Positions 59,010-64,000 of a stretch of DNA of 64,000 nucleotides are shown one piece after another. The stretch is from assembly GCA_965277715.1 (NCBI GenBank), contig OZ255836.1, forward strand, positions 1,024,001 to 1,088,000, read 5' to 3'. How positions within the stretch are numbered: the first letter of the stretch is position 1; every line of letters starts with the position of its first letter. Below the pieces are notes generated by a model, which was not told the origin of the DNA, searched no databases, and was given only the letters and a program-made list of their open reading frames with translations. Made by a program: the position numbers and the translations under genes. Source of the stretch: Gammaproteobacteria bacterium (GTDB lineage Bacteria > Pseudomonadota > Gammaproteobacteria > JBCCGL01).

Positions 59010-60317
59010 TTAGTAATACCCGCCTTTGCGCATTTCCCTATCAGCAGCCTTCTGTGAGTTAGCCAGCGCTTCTTCTACCGAGATTTCTCCCGCTAGTGCG
59101 GCAGTCATTTGCTGACCAACCGCAACGCCGATGGCTTGAAACTCAGGGATCGCTGCAAACTGTACACCAACATAGGGCGATGCATTCAGCGTTGAATCGT
59201 TTGGATTCGCCGACAGAATCGCTTTTAGCTCGGCTTGATCAAAGGTTGCAGCCGCCTGGAACTTCGGATTGTCATACGTTGATTGACGAGTGCCTGTGGG
59301 CACGCTACCCCAACCGTTCTTGGATGCGACTAATGCAATGTAGTCTTTCGAGGTTGCCCATTCGATAAACTTCTTGGCATCATCACCCTGCTTAGTACCG
59401 GCAGGGATTGCCAGCGACCAGGCCCACAACCAATTGGCTCCTTTTTTCGTTACCGAGTAAGGCGATTGAGCAAAAGCTATTTTGTCTGCAACGTTAGATT
59501 GTTTTGGATCAGTGACAAAGGAAGCGGCAATCGTCGCATCAATCCACATACCGCATTTGCCTTGGTTCATCAGCGCGAGGATTTCGTTGAATGAATTGTT
59601 GGCTGATCCAGGCGGGCCGTACTTTGTCAGCAGATCAACATAGAAATTGACCGCCTTATTCCAGGCTGGGCTATCGAGCGCTGGTGTCCAATCTTGATTA
59701 AACCACTGCGCACCGAAGGAGTTGGCCATTGTGGTAAGGAACGCCATATTATCGCCCCAACCCGGCTTGCCGCGTAGGCAAATGCCGTATACACCGTCAT
59801 TTTTATCCGTGATCGCAGCAGCGACATCGCGAATATGATCCCAGGTAGGGTTGTCTTCGATTTTCATGCCCGCCGCTTCGACAAGGTCTTTGCGGTACAT
59901 AATCATCGAGCTTTCGCCATAAAATGGTGCAGCGTAGAGTTTACCGTCGTAACTGAGACCGCCACGCATTGCCGGAAGAATATCATCGACATCATAGGCG
60001 GCACCAAATTCCAACGGCTCAAGCCAATTGCGTGAGCCCCAGATAGGCGCTTCGTACATACCAATAGTCATGACGTCAAACTGGCCACCTTTGGTCGAAA
60101 TATCGGTTGTAATACGTTGTCGCAATACGCCCTCTTCTAACGTCACCCATTTAAGCGTAATGCCTGGATGCGCTGCTTCAAATTCAGGGGTAAATTTTTG
60201 CATTTCGACCATGTGGCCATTATTTACCGTCGCGATGGTCAGTTCACCAGCAGAAGCTGATGTGGCACCAGCGGCGCACAATGCCAAGCTCAATGCAGTA
60301 CTTTTAAATAATTTCAT
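59010..60317 (-). CDS. Polyol ABC transporter substrate-binding protein (SmoE/MtlE-like)
   Basis: Signal peptide, TIATVNNG, PFYGESS, CLRGKPGWG.N, WLWAWSL; GGGAGG RBS before the ATG at 60317. Confidence 0.92.
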   Translation of the reverse strand: MKLFKSTALSLALCAAGATSASAGELTIATVNNGHMVEMQKFTPEFEAAHPGITLKWVTLEEGVLRQRITTDISTKGGQFDVMTIGMYEAPIWGSRNWLEPLEFGAAYDVDDILPAMRGGLSYDGKLYAAPFYGESSMIMYRKDLVEAAGMKIEDNPTWDHIRDVAAAITDKNDGVYGICLRGKPGWGDNMAFLTTMANSFGAQWFNQDWTPALDSPAWNKAVNFYVDLLTKYGPPGSANNSFNEILALMNQGKCGMWIDATIAASFVTDPKQSNVADKIAFAQSPYSVTKKGANWLWAWSLAIPAGTKQGDDAKKFIEWATSKDYIALVASKNGWGSVPTGTRQSTYDNPKFQAAATFDQAELKAILSANPNDSTLNASPYVGVQFAAIPEFQAIGVAVGQQMTAALAGEISVEEALANSQKAADREMRKGGYY

Positions 60318-60620
60318 ATTGTCCTCCCAAGGAATACGCACGTTGTTGTGCGGTGATGTATCTTGAAGCGCATAAGTATTTTTCGCCTAATACGAAAACA
60401 CCCAAAACCTATACTTTTATGACATTTTCTCTCTGAAAATGCATCTTTTTTTGTTATTTTTGTATCACTGGCAGCGCGCCCTTTCGCTTTATAGGTGTCG
60501 GTTTTAACTTCCCGGTTTACGGTTTAAATTTTGAGAAATGATTTTGATGTAAGGTAAGGTGATTCACCGCCGCATTCAGCAGTGGCCCGACAGGCTCCTG
60601 ACATGTATTAACTTGCAACG

Positions 60621-60653
60621 AATTGTTCCAGAAGGTTTTTTTCTGGAACAATT
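60621..60653. terminator. Hairpin downstream of deaD, possible terminator
   Basis: AATTGTTCCAGAA...TTCTGGAACAATT perfect stem. Confidence 0.45.
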
Positions 60654-60729
60654 ATTGGCTAATACATCAGACATCATGTATTTACTTGTATGCAAGTTAA
60701 CACATGGGTCTAGAATAACTGATACTACC

Positions 60730-62610
60730 TCAAGACTTGTGTGTTTTTATCTGAGTTGTTTTAGGCTTCTTCCCCGGTTTTTTTACTTTCTCCCGCTTCT
60801 TGGGTGCACCACTACCAGCCGCATCGCCCTTCGGCGGTTTACTCACCGCACCGCCTTTACCCGCCTGTAGGCTTATCTTCAACTGCCGACCACGCAACCA
60901 CACTTTCTTTAAAGTCTTACGCAACTCTTTTGGCATACCTTCAGGCAAATCGATGAGGCTATGCTCTTCGTAAATAAAAATTTTTCCCATATACCGAGAT
61001 TCAATATCCCCTTCATTGGCAATCGCACCGACAATATCCCCTTTGCTAACACCGTGGGCTTCACCGACTTCGAGGCGGTAGGTTTCCATTCCCATATCAT
61101 CCCGTTGAAATTTTTTGCCACCCTCTCGCTTTTCAGGCTTTTCTGGACGGGTTGGACGGTCGGGGCGGTCAGAGCGTTTAGCAAAACCTGATCGATCCAT
61201 TGATTCAAAACGTTCCCGTTCACGGCGGGCTTTTTGTACGGTTTCTTTTATATAAAAAGGCTTACCGCCTCCCTCCAGACTGGCGATCGCAGCGGCCAGC
61301 AATAGCGGGTCTGTTTCACCGCGTTGCAGGTATTTGTCGACAACACTACGGTATTCCGCTAGATCTTTTTGTAATTCGGTATCGATACGCGCAAACAGCT
61401 GCTCGATTTTGCGTTCGTTCAGGGCAGCTACCGAAGGGAATTTGAACGGTTCAATTTTTTGCCGGGTGGCGCGCTCAATCGCTTGCAACATGCGCCTTTC
61501 GCGACCATTTACAAATAAGATCGCATCGCCTTTGCGCCCTGCCCGGCCCGTGCGCCCGATGCGATGTACGTACGATTCGGTATCGTAGGGTACATCGTAG
61601 TTGATGACATGGCTGATGCGCTCTACATCCAGACCACGTGCCGCCACATCGGTGGCAACGAGAATATCAATTTTGCCGCTTTTTAAACGCGCCACCGTTT
61701 TTTCGCGTTGATTCTGGGCAATATCACCATTTAACGGTTCGGTGGCATAACCGCGTGCCTGTATGCGGTCGGCAACTTCCAGAGTGGCGTTTTTGGTGCG
61801 CACAAAAATCAATATGCCATCGAATTCTTCAACGTCGAGGATTCGAGTTAAGGTGTCGAGTTTTTCATTGTTATTGAGTTGTAAATAGCGCTGGTGAATT
61901 GTGGCAGCGGTGGTGGTTTTTAGTTTAATCGTGACTTCTGCAGGGTCTTGCAGGTATTTCTTACTGATATTTTTGATTTGTGTGGGCATGGTGGCCGAAA
62001 ATAACGCCGTTTGGCGTTGCGTCGGCATTTGTTCCAAAATCCATTCCACGTCATCGATAAAACCCATGCGCAGCATTTCATCCGCTTCATCCAACACCAG
62101 GGTTTTTACGTTATCCAGTATTAAAGTCTTGCGCCGCATATGATCCATCACCCGCCCCGGTGTACCGACGACGACATGTACACCCCGCTCTAACTGGCGA
62201 ATCTGGCCACGGTAATCGGCCCCACCATAAATGGGCAACACTTTAAAACCCGGCAAGTGCTTGGCGTAGCTTTGAAATGCTTCGGCGACCTGTATGGCCA
62301 GTTCACGCGTCGGTGCCAGGCATAAAACCTGTACGCCTTTGGCTTTATTGTCCATATTGGACAATATCGGTAATGCGAAAGCGGCGGTTTTACCTGTACC
62401 CGTTTGCGCTACACCCAGAATATCGCGCCCGGACAAAAGGTGCGGAATAGCCTGCGCCTGGATCGGTGAAGGGGTTTCATAACCAATTTCTGCAATCGTT
62501 TTTTGCAGTTCCGGGCGCAGCGGTAAATCTGGGAATTTAGTGACTGTGCTCGCTTGCGGCGGGGAGGGTTCTGTTTGCTGATTGGCGTTGGGGTTCACGT
62601 AGAGGGCCAA
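60730..62610 (-). CDS. deaD: ATP-dependent RNA helicase DeaD/CsdA
   Basis: AQTGTGKT, PTRELA, DEAD, SAT, HRIGRTGR, DbpA-type domain IVGAIANEG. Confidence 0.92.
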   Translation of the reverse strand: MALYVNPNANQQTEPSPPQASTVTKFPDLPLRPELQKTIAEIGYETPSPIQAQAIPHLLSGRDILGVAQTGTGKTAAFALPILSNMDNKAKGVQVLCLAPTRELAIQVAEAFQSYAKHLPGFKVLPIYGGADYRGQIRQLERGVHVVVGTPGRVMDHMRRKTLILDNVKTLVLDEADEMLRMGFIDDVEWILEQMPTQRQTALFSATMPTQIKNISKKYLQDPAEVTIKLKTTTAATIHQRYLQLNNNEKLDTLTRILDVEEFDGILIFVRTKNATLEVADRIQARGYATEPLNGDIAQNQREKTVARLKSGKIDILVATDVAARGLDVERISHVINYDVPYDTESYVHRIGRTGRAGRKGDAILFVNGRERRMLQAIERATRQKIEPFKFPSVAALNERKIEQLFARIDTELQKDLAEYRSVVDKYLQRGETDPLLLAAAIASLEGGGKPFYIKETVQKARRERERFESMDRSGFAKRSDRPDRPTRPEKPEKREGGKKFQRDDMGMETYRLEVGEAHGVSKGDIVGAIANEGDIESRYMGKIFIYEEHSLIDLPEGMPKELRKTLKKVWLRGRQLKISLQAGKGGAVSKPPKGDAAGSGAPKKREKVKKPGKKPKTTQIKTHKS

Positions 62611-62701
62611 TAAAAAGGGCGCGCAGTTTACACCCCCTACCTTTTAATTGATAGTTAGAAATATAAAACAAGCAAACCATATATACGCGTTATACATAAC
62701 A

Positions 62702-64000
62702 CTACAAAGCCCTAAAGCTCGCCTCCAACCCATCGGCAACAGCATCCACATCCGCCATTGATAAACACAATGGCGGTACAAACCGCAGCACACTCTTGTG
62801 TGGGCCAGATTTGCTTAAGATCAAACCGTTGTCACGGGCCAGCTCAAATACACGCGCAGTGGCACCCGGGTTTGGTGTGTGTGTACGTTGATCGGTGACC
62901 AGTTCGATAGCGAGCATTAAACCTTTGCCCCGCACATCACCGATAACCGGGTAGCGCTTTTTTAAATCGACCAGTCGCTCCAAGAGCGCGGCTCCCACTT
63001 GTTTGGCATTGATCTGAGTGTTTTCACGCTGCATCACTTGCAACACGGCGCGACCCGCCGCACAGGAAGTCGGGTTGGCGCCATAGGTGTGAAAACAAAA
63101 CTTACCATCCATCGACTCAGCCACTGCGCGTTTGGCCACAACCGCACCCAACGGGAAGCCATTGCCAATGCCTTTGGCCATCACCACGATATCGGGAATA
63201 ACATCGTGCTGTTCAAACGCCCAAAAGCTCTCACCAGTACGGCCAACGCCGCTTTGCACTTCATCAATAACACAGACACCACCGGCTGCGCGCACCTGCT
63301 CGAATGCCCCTTTGATGTACCCCTCCGGCATGGCGACGATGCCGCCATAGCCTTGCACTGGCTCGATAATCATGCCCGCCAGGTGGCCACTGGTGGCGGC
63401 GGTAATGGTGCGGTCGAGGTCGTCGAGATACCCCTGCACATTGTCGCCGTGTAACCCACGATAGGTGTTGGGATCAGAGGTGAAGGCGATACCACCCAAT
63501 TGCGGTACGTTATGCCGGAACGATTTGATCCCGGTTAGTGCCATCGCCCCAAAGGTGGCGCCGTGGTAGGCAGTTTGCAGGGCAATAAAGTCGATATTGC
63601 CGGTATAGGCGCGTGACATCAGCAGCGCCAGATCGACAGCCTCCGCCCCCGAGCTGGTAAAGTGTACAACCCACTCATGGCCTTTTGGCAAGGTTGCGAT
63701 CAGTTCTTCGGCATAGTGTGCAGGCACTGGATGGTAAAACATAGTCGTACAGTGTTGCAGAGTCTGTGCCTGCTGTGCGACAGCCGCCGATACCGTGGGG
63801 TTGGCATGGCCCACGGATACGCACACGTTCATACCCAGCAAATCAATAAACTTTCTCCCGTCCATATCCCACAAATACTGCCCTTCTCCCCGCGCAAAAA
63901 TTTGCGGTGTCTGATAGGGCACAAAAGCGCGTTGCGAAGCGGCATACCACGTGTCACGACGCCGGATAATCGCATCAGTATCCCAGTCGACAGGCAGCGC
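62702..64000 (-). CDS. Class III PLP aminotransferase (AGXT2-like); 5' end lies outside the window
   Basis: SGAEA, YHG, EPVQG, DEVQSG.GRTG, AKGIGNG; frame stays open to position 64000. Confidence 0.88.
   Translation of the reverse strand, partial: ALPVDWDTDAIIRRRDTWYAASQRAFVPYQTPQIFARGEGQYLWDMDGRKFIDLLGMNVCVSVGHANPTVSAAVAQQAQTLQHCTTMFYHPVPAHYAEELIATLPKGHEWVVHFTSSGAEAVDLALLMSRAYTGNIDFIALQTAYHGATFGAMALTGIKSFRHNVPQLGGIAFTSDPNTYRGLHGDNVQGYLDDLDRTITAATSGHLAGMIIEPVQGYGGIVAMPEGYIKGAFEQVRAAGGVCVIDEVQSGVGRTGESFWAFEQHDVIPDIVVMAKGIGNGFPLGAVVAKRAVAESMDGKFCFHTYGANPTSCAAGRAVLQVMQRENTQINAKQVGAALLERLVDLKKRYPVIGDVRGKGLMLAIELVTDQRTHTPNPGATARVFELARDNGLILSKSGPHKSVLRFVPPLCLSMADVDAVADGLEASFRAL

Noticed and set aside
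1-64000. CRISPR array, rRNA or tRNA genes
   Set aside because: No regularly spaced repeat-spacer array seen; the only tRNA-like sequence is the tmRNA

Overview
The window looks like a marine-type gammaproteobacterial chromosome (tmRNA tag ANDDNYALAA) with a decayed accessory region in the middle. Left core (1-17.5 kb): N-methylglutamate/methylamine genes (partial glxB/mgsA, gmaS-like ligase, an atypical Amt with an unannotated 55-aa partner), a PhyH dioxygenase, a flavodoxin, a TelA/vWA-lipoprotein operon, msrP, purL, an acyl-CoA dehydrogenase and ssrA. Right after ssrA comes a defence-island mosaic (17.5-46.3 kb). It holds a truncated GATase plus gamma-glutamylcyclotransferase remnant, then a class 1 DISARM operon (drmD, drmMI, drmA, drmB, drmC) bracketed by an extra 5mC methyltransferase and Vsr. 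Convergent with it is a three-gene operon (3-TM protein, Zn-ribbon protein, CHAT protease-STAND NTPase-TPR), which is my best candidate for an undescribed system. Further right are an IS3-family element inside an orphan copy of a thiolase 3' end, a RelE-type toxin-antitoxin pair, a relic integron (truncated intI, a MITE in the attI region, one cassette with attC) and several pseudogenes. Right core: peptide ABC transporter, fabI, a polyol ABC/catabolic operon, deaD and a partial class III aminotransferase. All calls come from motif recognition by eye; no database searches were run.
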